Shown here in pieces: positions 9,065-19,415 of a DNA stretch of 64,000 bases; the first letter of the stretch is position 1, and the number at the start of each line of letters is the position of its first letter. This DNA comes from an uncultured candidate division Zixibacteria bacterium (lineage in GTDB: Bacteria > Zixibacteria > MSB-5A5 > GN15 > FEB-12), in NCBI GenBank assembly GCA_963664195.1, contig OY760907.1:512001-576000 (forward strand), in the 5' to 3' direction. The position numbers were made by a program, and so were the translations under genes. The notes below the pieces were generated by a model. The model did not search any database. It had not been told where the DNA came from and was given only the letters and a program-made list of their open reading frames with translations.

Positions 9065-9580
9065 ATGAGAGAAGACAGAAGCCTGTTCTGGAAGTTGCTG
9101 GAACCGGAGTATCACGGCGCCCTGATGTTCTGTCGCAAACTAATGGCGAACCGTGAGCAAGGCGACGACCTCTTCCAGGATGCGCTGGTACTGGCCCTGA
9201 CGAAATTCGGGAGCCTTCGCGACCAGACCTCGTTTCGTCCCTGGCTCTACCGAATACTCGTGAACACTTTTCACAGCACGGTACGTCGCCCCTGGTGGAA
9301 ACGCGTAGTACCTTTGACGAGCGAAATGCAGGGGCACCTGGCTTGCGCTGATCCTGTAGGGGCACACGACGCCCGACGGTGGCTTGGTCGCGCGTTCAAG
9401 GTCCTGTCCCCCGAGACGCAGGCTCTGGTCACTCTCTACGAACTCGAAGAATGGACAATCGGCGAATTGGCCGGATTGTATGACCTTACCGAAGGAACGG
9501 TCAAGGCACGATTGTTCAGAGCAAGACGCAAAATGAAAAAGGCACTGTTGAGTTACCAAACGACAGAGGAACAATCATGA
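9065..9580 (+). CDS. ECF RNA polymerase sigma factor
   Basis: DDLFQD..., FRPWLYRILVN region 2; ELAGLYDLTEGTVKARLFRAR region 4. Confidence 0.92.
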   Translation: MREDRSLFWKLLEPEYHGALMFCRKLMANREQGDDLFQDALVLALTKFGSLRDQTSFRPWLYRILVNTFHSTVRRPWWKRVVPLTSEMQGHLACADPVGAHDARRWLGRAFKVLSPETQALVTLYELEEWTIGELAGLYDLTEGTVKARLFRARRKMKKALLSYQTTEEQS

Positions 9581-10266
9581 ACTGCCGCGATGCCAGACTC
9601 AGAATGACCGGCTCTCGACGGGATGGAACCCCGATCGAGCAGGATCACGAGTTGCAGAAACACCTGAAGGTGTGTCCGGCGTGTGCTCGCGAGGCCAAGA
9701 TTGACAGCAAGCTCAGGTTGATGCTTGAGACTGCGGCCAAAGGTGACGAGCAGCAGATCCCCTCTCAATTGGAAATGAAACGACTTGTGTCGGCACGCCT
9801 GTCTTCGCCTGCGACAGCGAAGCGGCATCAGATGGTCGAGGCTTTCCAACGATTGCGGTTTTTGATGTGGCGGCATCCGGCTCGCGGGATTGCCCTCGGT
9901 CTGACGGCAGTGTTGTTGGCTTTCGTTTCGCTGGTGCCGTTCAAATACACGCACACGCTGGGGTACGATCTGTCACTCGGCGGTGTTTGCCAGGAGTATG
10001 CCGAAAACGACGAGGAAATCTGCAGCATGCTTTCCAGGCTGGGGCTGCATGACGCCGGCGTGGACGTTCTCGGTTGCGACAGCACCTGCAGTTTACAGAT
10101 CATCGACCTGAACAACCGCGAGGAAGCTCGTCTGGTGGTGGCCGCGTTCGAGAGCCTCTGCCCGGATCGAATTACCTCCAATGTTGTGCCGGTAGTATCG
10201 AGAGGCTCAAGCAGCCTGCTCGATCGCGCCAACCAGAGGCTGTTTGTGGGAGAACAGGGTAGCTAG
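9577..10266 (+). CDS. Zinc-finger (ZAS) membrane anti-sigma factor
   Basis: MNC...HLKVCPAC motif, one TM helix, Cys-rich C-terminal domain; ATGA overlap with the sigma gene. Confidence 0.85.
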   Translation: MNCRDARLRMTGSRRDGTPIEQDHELQKHLKVCPACAREAKIDSKLRLMLETAAKGDEQQIPSQLEMKRLVSARLSSPATAKRHQMVEAFQRLRFLMWRHPARGIALGLTAVLLAFVSLVPFKYTHTLGYDLSLGGVCQEYAENDEEICSMLSRLGLHDAGVDVLGCDSTCSLQIIDLNNREEARLVVAAFESLCPDRITSNVVPVVSRGSSSLLDRANQRLFVGEQGS

Positions 10267-10376
10267 ACCGCAATTTCGCCTTCGAGTTCGCCGTGAGGCG
10301 GGCCCGCAATATACGCTTCATAAGACAAAGCAAGTACTAACCAGAAACGCTATACAAACGTGAAGGAGACAATAAC

Positions 10377-11117
10377 ATGACTACAAAGACCGTACTACTC
10401 TCTGTCCTAACACTTTCTGTGTTCGCCCTGGCCGGCATGACCCAGGCGGCACCGAAGCTCGTGATCGAGCCGCCAGAATTCGATTTTGGCTACGTGCCTC
10501 AGCATTCAAAGATATCTCACGCCTTCACTCTCTCGTCTACAGGCGAAGACAGCCTCAAGATTACAAAAGTGATACCCGGCTGTGGCTGCACCAAAACACC
10601 GCTGGCGAAAAGCGAGCTGGCCCCCGGGGAAAAAACCGAGCTTGAGGTGATATTCAGCACAAAGCGGTACGCTAACAGCGTTACGAAGCGCCCCAAAATA
10701 GTAACCAACGAAGAACCGTCATCGAAAAGTGTCCCGATCTTCGCCAACGTGGTCACTCGTCCGGACTCGACCTACCCCGTAATCATCACGCCGTACAAGC
10801 TCGATATTTCGCAGTTTGGCGAGACCGTCCGTGACAAAATGAAGTTCACGATTAGCAATGTCTCGGAAGAAGACCTGAAGCTGAGCATGGTGTACACGCC
10901 CGATGGCGTTTTCGAGGTGACGCTGCCTCAATCAGTCGCGGCCGGGGGGAAAGCACAGGGAATGCTGAAGCTGAAGCCTGAAGCAGTGCATGGTTCTTTT
11001 GAGAAATCGTTTACCTTTCAGTTGAGTGATGTAGCCGGAACCCGATTTACGGTACCGGTGAAGCGCACGGTACGGGAGCCTGATGCTCAGTTGACGGTGA
11101 AGGCTGATGGGAAGTAA
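10377..11117 (+). CDS. DUF1573 Ig-like exported protein
   Basis: Signal peptide; FDFG, LKITKVIPGCGCT and LAPGE motifs. Confidence 0.88.
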   Translation: MTTKTVLLSVLTLSVFALAGMTQAAPKLVIEPPEFDFGYVPQHSKISHAFTLSSTGEDSLKITKVIPGCGCTKTPLAKSELAPGEKTELEVIFSTKRYANSVTKRPKIVTNEEPSSKSVPIFANVVTRPDSTYPVIITPYKLDISQFGETVRDKMKFTISNVSEEDLKLSMVYTPDGVFEVTLPQSVAAGGKAQGMLKLKPEAVHGSFEKSFTFQLSDVAGTRFTVPVKRTVREPDAQLTVKADGK

Positions 11118-11251
11118 ACGGTCGAAAGGATTTCGACCTGCAACAACTCAGACGTGTGAGCGTCGGGGTTCCATCCCCGACGCATGAATCGGCAGGAGTG
11201 GAACCCTGCCGATCACGATAAGGCGGTATCCGTCAGAGTCTCAACAACGTT

Positions 11252-12496
11252 CTACTGTTTGCTCGGGCCGCTTCCCTGCGGAGTCTGGTTCTTGTCGCGC
11301 GGGCGGCGGTCACGTCGCCGACGTTTGTTTCGACCTCCGTGGTGTGGACGGTTGCTGTCTGGTCGTTTCTGCTGTTGTTGCTGCTGCGGCTGCCCCTGTT
11401 GTTTCGGCTGTTCGCTCTGGCCCTCCTGCCGCAGTTGTTGTTCTTGTTGAGGCTGCGGCTGTTCTTTCAGGCGTGACTCCTCCGGAGGCTTCTGATCCTG
11501 CGGCCGCTCAGGCTGTTCCTGCGGTTTGTACTCTGATTGCTGCGGAGGTTGCGGCTCCTGTGGACGGGGCGTCTGTCCCTGTTCTTTCGGCTGTGGTTCT
11601 GCTTCGGGTTTCGGCTGTTCCTGCGGCTTCGGCTGTTCGACCGGCGGCTTGACTTCCGGTGCAACTGTTTTCTCTTCTTTGGGAAGCTCCGGTTTCAATC
11701 CGGCGACCGTGCTATTCAGTTTCTGCAACTCCTGCCGGGCGCGTTGCGCAAAATCGGCATCCTTCGATGCATACAGCACAGAGCGTGACACGTTTATCAC
11801 GGCCAGTTCCCTGAAGTTGTCCGTACCGTCGACAATGGCCTTCTCAAGCGACCCACCCTGCGCACCGACACCCGGAATCAGCAGCGGCATGTCGGCTGCC
11901 ACACGTCGAATGTCTTTTAACTGTTCGGGGTGCGTGGCCCCCACTACCAGGCCGCAATTGTGATCTTTGTTCCAGGAGGCCATCTTCTCGGCGACCTCCA
12001 TGTAGAGCGGCTTGCCGTTAACCAGCAATTGCTGAAAGTCCTGAGAGCCGGCATTCGAGGTCAGACACAGAACAAAAATGCCCTTCTCTTTGTGATTGAG
12101 AAAGGGCTGCATAGAATCCAGTCCCATATACGGATTGATCGTTATCCAATCAGCATGATAGGTTTCAAACAAACTGGTGGCATACTGCGCGGCGGTGTTG
12201 CCGATATCCCCGCGTTTGCCGTCGAGAATTACCGGGATACCTTCCGGGATGCGCTCAACGATGAGTTTCAGAAGCGACAGTCCTTCAGGACCAAGGCTTT
12301 CATAGAAGGCCATATTCGGTTTGTACGCACACACGAGATCGGACGTAGCGTCTATGATCTTGTGTGCAAACTCAAACATACCCTTGAGCGATCCGGCGTA
12401 ATCTGACGGCATCTTTTTGGGATCGAGATCAAGTCCCACACACAGGTGCGATTTGTTTTTCTGCTGAATCTTCCGCAGATCGTCATATGCCTTCAT
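11252..12496 (-). CDS. pyrF: Orotidine-5'-phosphate decarboxylase (type 2) with long low-complexity C-terminal tail
   Basis: LCVGLD, YKPN, DGKRGDIGNT, LIPGVGAQGG and NVSRS motifs. Confidence 0.95.
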   Translation of the reverse strand: MKAYDDLRKIQQKNKSHLCVGLDLDPKKMPSDYAGSLKGMFEFAHKIIDATSDLVCAYKPNMAFYESLGPEGLSLLKLIVERIPEGIPVILDGKRGDIGNTAAQYATSLFETYHADWITINPYMGLDSMQPFLNHKEKGIFVLCLTSNAGSQDFQQLLVNGKPLYMEVAEKMASWNKDHNCGLVVGATHPEQLKDIRRVAADMPLLIPGVGAQGGSLEKAIVDGTDNFRELAVINVSRSVLYASKDADFAQRARQELQKLNSTVAGLKPELPKEEKTVAPEVKPPVEQPKPQEQPKPEAEPQPKEQGQTPRPQEPQPPQQSEYKPQEQPERPQDQKPPEESRLKEQPQPQQEQQLRQEGQSEQPKQQGQPQQQQQQKRPDSNRPHHGGRNKRRRRDRRPRDKNQTPQGSGPSKQ

Positions 12497-13413
12497 CAGT
12501 ATTTCCTTACTTTGCCTACCAGTTCGGAGACGGACTCCAGGTTCTTTTCGGACAGGTACTCGCGCAGATCGTCGGCGATTTTGACCGGCGCATCCGGCTC
12601 GACAAACAGGGCCGTCCCCACCTGCACAGCAGTTGCTCCGACGAGCATGAACTCCACTACGTCGAGAGCGTCCGATATCCCGCCGATGCCTATGATCGGC
12701 AGTTTGCTGCAGTTGTAGACGGCATCCACGAGCGCCAGCGCAACGGGCTTGACAGCCGGTCCCGTGAGACCGCCTTTATTGTTGGTCAACCGGGGTTTCC
12801 AGGTGTGAATGTCAATCGAAGTGCCAACCAGCGAGTTGATCAAAGACAGCACGTCGGCACCACCGTTTTCAGCAGCCCGAGCAATTTCGGTGATGTCCGT
12901 CACGTTGGGAGACAGCTTGGCCACTATCGGTTTTCTGAATACCTTGCGGACTTCGGACACCGTGCGCTCAGTGAGTTTCGGCGAGCGCCCGATCTCCATA
13001 CCACCCTCGTCGACATTGGGGCAGCTGATGTTTAGCTCTACCATGTCCACACGTTCGATATCGTTCAGTCGGGCACAGATGTCGACGTATTCCTTCGTTC
13101 TGGCCCCGGCCACGTTGACAATGACCCTGGTGCGGTATTTCTCCAAGAACGGAAGTTTGTCTGATATAAATCGATCGACGCCGACATTCGCCAGACCGAT
13201 TGCGTTAAGCATACCGCTATCGGTCTCGACAGTCCGCGGCGGCGGATGCCCGAGACGAACTTCCTGAGTAATTGACTTGGTTACGATAGCGCCGAGCTTG
13301 TCGAGCGGGAAAGCCTCGGCCATTTCCTCGCCGTAGCCGCAGCAACCGGAGGCTGTCATGATCGGGGTGTCGAATTCCACTCCCGCGATGGTAACTTTGA
13401 TATCTGGTGTCAC
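12496..13413 (-). CDS. pyrD: Dihydroorotate dehydrogenase B, catalytic subunit
   Basis: TASG, MLNAIGLAN, LNISCPNV and KLSPN motifs; GTG start overlaps the pyrK stop. Confidence 0.95.
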   Translation of the reverse strand: MTPDIKVTIAGVEFDTPIMTASGCCGYGEEMAEAFPLDKLGAIVTKSITQEVRLGHPPPRTVETDSGMLNAIGLANVGVDRFISDKLPFLEKYRTRVIVNVAGARTKEYVDICARLNDIERVDMVELNISCPNVDEGGMEIGRSPKLTERTVSEVRKVFRKPIVAKLSPNVTDITEIARAAENGGADVLSLINSLVGTSIDIHTWKPRLTNNKGGLTGPAVKPVALALVDAVYNCSKLPIIGIGGISDALDVVEFMLVGATAVQVGTALFVEPDAPVKIADDLREYLSEKNLESVSELVGKVRKY

Positions 13414-14204
13414 AGCAGCACCTCCCCGATGTTGAACACGGGACCTTCCTGACACACCCGGGCGTGACCGCCTTTGCGAAGCGGCACCACACAGCCGAGA
13501 CAGACGCCGTAGCCGCAGGGCATCGGGGCCTCCAACGAGACCTCGCCGGGGACTCCGTACTTGATCCCCAGATCATCAGTGGCCTTGAGCATCGGTCCGG
13601 GGCCGCAACTGAAGATGCGCATCTTTTTATCCTGATGAGCCGTGATGTATTTTTCAGCCGCCTGCGTCACCAGGCCAGATTCGCCAAAAGAACCGTCGTC
13701 GGTCACCGGGTGGAAATTCACGCCGAGGTCAGCGATTCGATCACGCTCCAGAATTTCTTCGGCGGTGCGCCCACCGTAGAAAAACTCTATCGTGCTGGCC
13801 TCGCGCCCCTGCTTAATCATCTCACCGGCAAAGTACAAGAGAGGGGGAAAACCTACTCCGCCCGCAATGATGAGCATCGTTTCCCTGTCGTCCGGCCTGC
13901 TCCACTGATTTCCGAGCGGACCGAGAACATCGATGGCATCGCCGATCCTGGACCTTGAGAGGCACCGTGTACCACGACCGAAGATTTTGAAGATGATCTC
14001 AATGGTTTGCTGTTCGGTATCGACCGAAGCAATCGACATGGCGCGTCGAAAATAGACTTCACTCCCCGGCAGTCGGAGATGAACAAACTGGCCCGGCCGG
14101 CATTCGGCCACACGCGACACCGGTCCGAAGATCATCGAATAGTAGCTGGGAGTGAGCTGGCGAGTCTGTTGTACGGTAACGTTCTCAGGGGTGTATTTCA
14201 TCAT
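13410..14204 (-). CDS. pyrK: Dihydroorotate dehydrogenase electron-transfer subunit
   Basis: PGQF, GPLGN, GGVG, CGP and MPCGYGVCLGC...VC 2Fe-2S motif. Confidence 0.93.
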   Translation of the reverse strand: MMKYTPENVTVQQTRQLTPSYYSMIFGPVSRVAECRPGQFVHLRLPGSEVYFRRAMSIASVDTEQQTIEIIFKIFGRGTRCLSRSRIGDAIDVLGPLGNQWSRPDDRETMLIIAGGVGFPPLLYFAGEMIKQGREASTIEFFYGGRTAEEILERDRIADLGVNFHPVTDDGSFGESGLVTQAAEKYITAHQDKKMRIFSCGPGPMLKATDDLGIKYGVPGEVSLEAPMPCGYGVCLGCVVPLRKGGHARVCQEGPVFNIGEVLL

Positions 14205-16360
14205 CTCAAGTATTCGGGTTTGCTAATGTCGTAGACGAACACGAACCATTTTCCTTCCTGGCCGAGATCTGCTTCCTTGCCGGCAGACACTAACCTGTTG
14301 GACGCATCAAGGGCATCGAATCTCATCGACCGAACGGTCAGTTCGGCGTTTTCATCCATTTGGGGAACTCCCGACGGGATTTTCAACACGAGGTCCTTGA
14401 CCTCGCCGGAAAAATCAATTCGGATCTGAAAATACAGCTTCCAGTCGTATCGATCACCGGTGTTTGCCTCGGCCGGGAACTCAAACTCCTCAAGAGTCTC
14501 CAGCGGGTCAAGTTTCAGTTCTACCAGAGTGTCGCCGTTGGGACGATAGTACACTGCCACTAGCGGGTCATCCCAATTAATGTTGTCGTCGACATCCGGC
14601 GGCCGATCGACTTCCTCATCCAGCCCGTCATCCCGGGGTGGACGTTCTTCGTCCCGCTCACGGTCATCACGACGTGTCGATCTCGGCGGCTGGATTCTCC
14701 TCCGGGCCTCCTGCCCCCATTCTGTCCCGCCGAAACTGTCGGCGAATTCCTGATAAGCGACAATGACCGACGAGTCGCCGGGTGACTGATACATCTCGGT
14801 CAGCCAGATAGTCGAGAACTGAGCCGTCAGGTGATACTTGGAGTCCGGATACCGGTCGACCACAACCTGATAGTTGGCAATGGCCGAGTCTATTTCCCCG
14901 GCTTCCACGAAGTCCTCGGCGCGATGTACGTACAACTCGGCGTAACCGGTATCGGCGGCAGTGCCTTTCAGGCCGAGGGCATCAAGGGCTTCGGGAACAT
15001 AGTCCGATTGCGCATGATCAGTGAGCACCAGTTTCAGAATAGAGTCAGCAGCGTGGTCATCCTCGTATTGAACACGATACATTTGCGAGAGGGCAATCAG
15101 CGCTTTCGGCACATGATACGCCAGCGGCATGGAATCGACAATGTATTGCATTTCGACAATCGCGGAATCCGGCTTGTTCAACTTGAACCAGTACAACTCG
15201 GATAGCTGGTACTGAGTATATGCGGCTTCATCGATAGCGGTCTCGGTTGCGGCGGAATCCAATTCGGTGCGTGCATAGGTATCCAGTTTTCCGATGTCTG
15301 ATGATCTGACGAGAGCGTCGCGACCTGCTTCTCGGGAACGATCCGCCGCCGTTGCCTGATCGTAGTAGTCCTTCGCTTGCCGCAGGTCATCGTAGTCAAA
15401 CTGGTAAATCAGCCCCAGCCGATAGTATGCCCTCGATTGCCACTGCCGGTTGTCGGAGTTGCGGGCGACGTCGAGGTAAGCCGCTTCGGCACCGATCAGA
15501 TCGTCGTCATACTCAAGTCCCTCGGCCACGGTGAGCCTGAGCGCACCCAGCGAATCGAAGTACAGAGCATCATCAATAAGTTGATCGAGATAGTCCAACC
15601 CGTCCTCAATACGCAGCAGCCTATAGGAGCTGACGGCGGACCTGAAGAGCGAATGATATTTCTGATTTTTGTCAGGCTTCATTCCCAGAATCTGGAGGTA
15701 CGCCCCGAGTGCATCGCTGAACAGAAAGCCTTCAAAATAGCTGTCGGCCACATATATCTGGGCTTTCAGCTTCTGCTCGTCATCCCCGAGAGAGTCCCTT
15801 ACTGCCAGGAAATACCGACGGGCGCGGTCCCACTCCCCTTCCTCGAAATTATATTCACCAAGCGCAATGGCGGCCTCTGCTTTGAAGTTCTTCTCATAAT
15901 CAGATTCAAAGATGTCCTCGAAAATCACCTGGGCTTCCTCAATATCCCCCAGTGCCAGTTTGGCCTGTGCCAGATACAGATTGGATTCCCGCGCCCACTC
16001 CGAATCGCCGTAGTTGGCCAGAATCTCGCGGAAGCGACGTTCCGCCCGACTGTACAACTCGGTATGAAAGTACGACACCGCCAGGATATAGACGGCATCA
16101 TCGTAGTACTTTGAATTCGGGTGATTCTCCACGACTTTCAGGGCTTTTTCGATAGCCTTCTGGTACTCAGCCTTGTTGCTCCGGCCGGTATTCTCACGCT
16201 GCTTCTCAGCAGAGTTGAATGCCTTTTTTGCATTATAGAACGTGTTGAAATAGACGCTGCATCCGGACGAGCCTACCAGCACGCCAATGAAAAGGAGCAA
16301 CAACAAGGTTCGGAGGCGAGAGACCGTGGTTTGTCTGCGATGGTGCATACTGTTTGCCAT
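14201..16360 (-). CDS. TPR-repeat lipoprotein
   Basis: Lipobox-like SSGC followed by YFNTFYNA; many TPRs; C-terminal alpha/beta domain. Start uncertain. Confidence 0.85.
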   Translation of the reverse strand: MANSMHHRRQTTVSRLRTLLLLLFIGVLVGSSGCSVYFNTFYNAKKAFNSAEKQRENTGRSNKAEYQKAIEKALKVVENHPNSKYYDDAVYILAVSYFHTELYSRAERRFREILANYGDSEWARESNLYLAQAKLALGDIEEAQVIFEDIFESDYEKNFKAEAAIALGEYNFEEGEWDRARRYFLAVRDSLGDDEQKLKAQIYVADSYFEGFLFSDALGAYLQILGMKPDKNQKYHSLFRSAVSSYRLLRIEDGLDYLDQLIDDALYFDSLGALRLTVAEGLEYDDDLIGAEAAYLDVARNSDNRQWQSRAYYRLGLIYQFDYDDLRQAKDYYDQATAADRSREAGRDALVRSSDIGKLDTYARTELDSAATETAIDEAAYTQYQLSELYWFKLNKPDSAIVEMQYIVDSMPLAYHVPKALIALSQMYRVQYEDDHAADSILKLVLTDHAQSDYVPEALDALGLKGTAADTGYAELYVHRAEDFVEAGEIDSAIANYQVVVDRYPDSKYHLTAQFSTIWLTEMYQSPGDSSVIVAYQEFADSFGGTEWGQEARRRIQPPRSTRRDDRERDEERPPRDDGLDEEVDRPPDVDDNINWDDPLVAVYYRPNGDTLVELKLDPLETLEEFEFPAEANTGDRYDWKLYFQIRIDFSGEVKDLVLKIPSGVPQMDENAELTVRSMRFDALDASNRLVSAGKEADLGQEGKWFVFVYDISKPEYLR

Positions 16361-16427
16361 GTAGTCTTTTACTCTCAAGCAGCCTTTCAGTTCGCGGAGA
16401 CCGGGATCAGAACGGGCGTCCCGAAGG

Positions 16428-17165
16428 CTACTTCGTCCTTTCCTTGATGAGGCTCACCAGTTCGGGCAGCAGCTCACCCGATTTCGCAGCAAAATAGTAG
16501 TCGGCAATGTCGCTCAGCGGCGTACGGTCCGGGTTTATTTCCACCAGCGTGGCGCCGTGTTGCTTGGCTACCAGCGGAAGACTTGCGGCAGGATGAACCA
16601 GTCCGGAAGTGCCGATACTGAGAAACACCTGCGCCCGCTCCGCAGCGCGGAACGCGTCGTGGATAATCTCGGCTGAGAGCATCTCGCCAAACCAGACCAC
16701 ATCGGGGCGGACCTTGCCGCCACACTTCTCGCATAACGGAATGGCCGCCGGGTCGACATCGGCCCCGAGTTCAACCGGCGCGTTGCAGTCGCAGCATTTG
16801 TTGTGGTAGATATTGCCGTGAAGTTCGAGGACATCCGTGGAGCCTGCCAGACGGTGCAGGTTGTCGACATTTTGTGTAATAAGCGTGAACGTGTCGAAAC
16901 AGGACTCCATCTCACACAGCGCAAAATGACCGGGATTCGGCTTCACCTCGCCGATTAACTCCCGTCGCCAGTTATACCATTCCCATACGATATCCGGGCT
17001 GGCGACAAACGCTTCCATGGTGGCAAGCTGTTCCGGGCGGAACTTGCCCCACAATCCTTCCTTGCCCCGAAATGTTGGAACACCGGACTCGGCAGAGATA
17101 CCCGCCCCGGTCAACACCGCTCCCTCGGTGCAGTTGGCCATAATGTCTGCTAGTTTTTCAAGCAT
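16428..17165 (-). CDS. cobB: NAD-dependent protein deacylase (Sir2 family)
   Basis: GAGISAESGVPTFRG, TQNVD, ELHG, two CxxC and RPDVVWFGE motifs. Confidence 0.93.
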   Translation of the reverse strand: MLEKLADIMANCTEGAVLTGAGISAESGVPTFRGKEGLWGKFRPEQLATMEAFVASPDIVWEWYNWRRELIGEVKPNPGHFALCEMESCFDTFTLITQNVDNLHRLAGSTDVLELHGNIYHNKCCDCNAPVELGADVDPAAIPLCEKCGGKVRPDVVWFGEMLSAEIIHDAFRAAERAQVFLSIGTSGLVHPAASLPLVAKQHGATLVEINPDRTPLSDIADYYFAAKSGELLPELVSLIKERTK

Positions 17166-17236
17166 TCACCGGACAAGATATGAAACGGGAGTTCAAAAGC
17201 CAACGAGTATTTGGGGACGTGGTGCAACCGGAGCGG

Positions 17237-19414
17237 TTACGGCTGCTTGACGCCGACTTCGGCATTGGAACTCGCCAGGGCCGCTTTCATCTCGCCGGCT
17301 GCAAGCGTAAACCGTAGCTGGACAGGCTGTTCAGTGAGATGCAGACGATACCGATGCAGAATCGTTGTCCCTTGATAGACGCGCTCAAACCCGCCCTCAG
17401 AGAGAGATACGGTGAAAATCGGCGTGTACCAGATGTCGGCGGGTTTCTGGCCGCTCAGAACAACTGCCAGAGCACGGTATTCATCGACCAGGGCGACGCT
17501 CTTCGCATTCGAGCAGGATCCGCTTGAGTCCAGATAGGCCTCGTCGGGACGGCGGCGATCGACAAGGATAAATCGGTCATGGGCGTGTCCGGCCTGGAAA
17601 TTGAAGTTGTTCTCCACCGCGAAATTGACATCCAAACCACCCGGTCGCGAACACGAAAGCCAATAGACCACTTCAATGCGCTCACTGCTCGGGTCAAACT
17701 CGAATCGTTTGACCACAGAGACCGGAAACGTGCCATCGGGACGGCGCACCGTACCCGTTCGGCTGAAAGCGACCGCGCCGGAGTCCGCCGACAGTTCGGT
17801 TTCATACTCGCCGTTTACAAAGTCGCCGATTTCTTCATACTCATTTGAGGCGAAAGACTCGAAGTCGACTCCATCACCGAAAAAGTGATCAATGAAGCAG
17901 CGTCTCAGATACTTGTCGTCTACCAGATAACTCGACAGCCCTTCTTCCTTGGTCAGGACGAGATCGTGAATGGACTTCTGGCCGTCACTGTCATCGCTAT
18001 CGCCGGTTTGCGCCTGATCGAGCTTGAGGTGATACCCCTCACGTCGCCGGGTCAACGTGTCGGTGACACTGAAGCCGTGGCGATTGAGGGACAGATCAAG
18101 CAGCATTGCGCCCCGGTCAGGCTTGAATACGGCGGTATAATTGTCTGACTCGCAAACGATCTCATTGATGCCATCGCAGTCGTAGTCACAACGCTCTACC
18201 GTCAGCGCCTGCTCGCCTGATGTTCGACACAGCCGGTGGGCATTGATGATGCTGCCGTAGACGGCCTGGCGAATATGCGGCAAGTACAGTCCGCCGAAGA
18301 CACCGTGCCAATACGGACAGTTACATTGCGATGCGTATAACCGGTGACGTGCTTCGGAAATCCTCTTTTTCTGATCGGGATGCGACGATTGAAACCGAGA
18401 GAACTCCTCCGAGACTCGAAGCATCTTCTTGTGCATCAGATTCGATTCCTCGTATTTGGCGAGGAATCCGCGCCAGTGAGAGCCGCGCACAAACCGACCG
18501 AACCGTTCCTTCTTACCTGTCTCTTCCAGCCAGTGCTCAAACGCTTCGTATTCAACGAAGGCCGAGGGCGGCAGCGCCCAGTGCAGCATTTCCTCATAAG
18601 AGGCAGTCGGCAGATATACTCGTCCGACCGGTTTCTCCTGCGCGCCTTGTCCCAGCGGGACCATTTCCAGCCAGTCGGAGTTCTCGGTTACGGCATCGAA
18701 GAACTGCCGCAACCAGCCATCATCGTAACAGTGCTGATGCGTCTTGGGCCACACACCAAACTTCTCGCCGTCGTCGGCATAGACCGCCATGCCATCGGGG
18801 GTTTCTTCTGCCTGTTCCCGCAGCTCGCCGATCAGTTCTTCGACAGTACCGAACGGAATCAGATACCGGAGTCTCTTCTGGATGGGCAGGAGCTTCACGG
18901 TATGACCCTCTTCCTCGGTCACGAACGGTCCGGTCAAATCTTTGTGTTCAAGACCGGTATATATAAAGTGGGTGTCATCGATAGGCAGATACGACACGCC
19001 GGATTTAGCCAACAGTTTCGGAAGGTGCGGCTCCCATATTCTCTCGGTCAACCAGAGACCTTCGGGATCGGAGCAGAAGTGATCACGCAGGAAGCGGCTC
19101 AGCATTGCTATCTGGCCACGGGCGTCACGCTCCGGGATTGAGGTCAGAATCGGTTCGTAGAACCCGCCCGTCATCGGCTCAATCTGCCCTCGCTCGACCA
19201 GGCCGCCGACGAGATCAACATAACTCGGATCATGCTTTAGCTGCCAGTCCCACAGAATGCCTGACTGGTGCAGGGAGATCGCTATGTTCTCATACGATGC
19301 AAGCAGTTCCAGAAAGGGCCGATATGCCTGGCGTTGAGCCTCGTCTATGACGTGATGGAAATTGCCGACCGGTTGATGGTTATGGAGACCGAACGCCAAT
19401 TTGAACCGGGCCAT
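17237..19414 (-). CDS. GH57 alpha-amylase/4-alpha-glucanotransferase (DUF1925/DUF1926 domains)
   Basis: HNHQP, GGFYEP, WLTERIW, DDGEKFG and WHGVFGGLY motifs. Confidence 0.92.
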   Translation of the reverse strand: MARFKLAFGLHNHQPVGNFHHVIDEAQRQAYRPFLELLASYENIAISLHQSGILWDWQLKHDPSYVDLVGGLVERGQIEPMTGGFYEPILTSIPERDARGQIAMLSRFLRDHFCSDPEGLWLTERIWEPHLPKLLAKSGVSYLPIDDTHFIYTGLEHKDLTGPFVTEEEGHTVKLLPIQKRLRYLIPFGTVEELIGELREQAEETPDGMAVYADDGEKFGVWPKTHQHCYDDGWLRQFFDAVTENSDWLEMVPLGQGAQEKPVGRVYLPTASYEEMLHWALPPSAFVEYEAFEHWLEETGKKERFGRFVRGSHWRGFLAKYEESNLMHKKMLRVSEEFSRFQSSHPDQKKRISEARHRLYASQCNCPYWHGVFGGLYLPHIRQAVYGSIINAHRLCRTSGEQALTVERCDYDCDGINEIVCESDNYTAVFKPDRGAMLLDLSLNRHGFSVTDTLTRRREGYHLKLDQAQTGDSDDSDGQKSIHDLVLTKEEGLSSYLVDDKYLRRCFIDHFFGDGVDFESFASNEYEEIGDFVNGEYETELSADSGAVAFSRTGTVRRPDGTFPVSVVKRFEFDPSSERIEVVYWLSCSRPGGLDVNFAVENNFNFQAGHAHDRFILVDRRRPDEAYLDSSGSCSNAKSVALVDEYRALAVVLSGQKPADIWYTPIFTVSLSEGGFERVYQGTTILHRYRLHLTEQPVQLRFTLAAGEMKAALASSNAEVGVKQP

Positions 19415-19415
19415 A

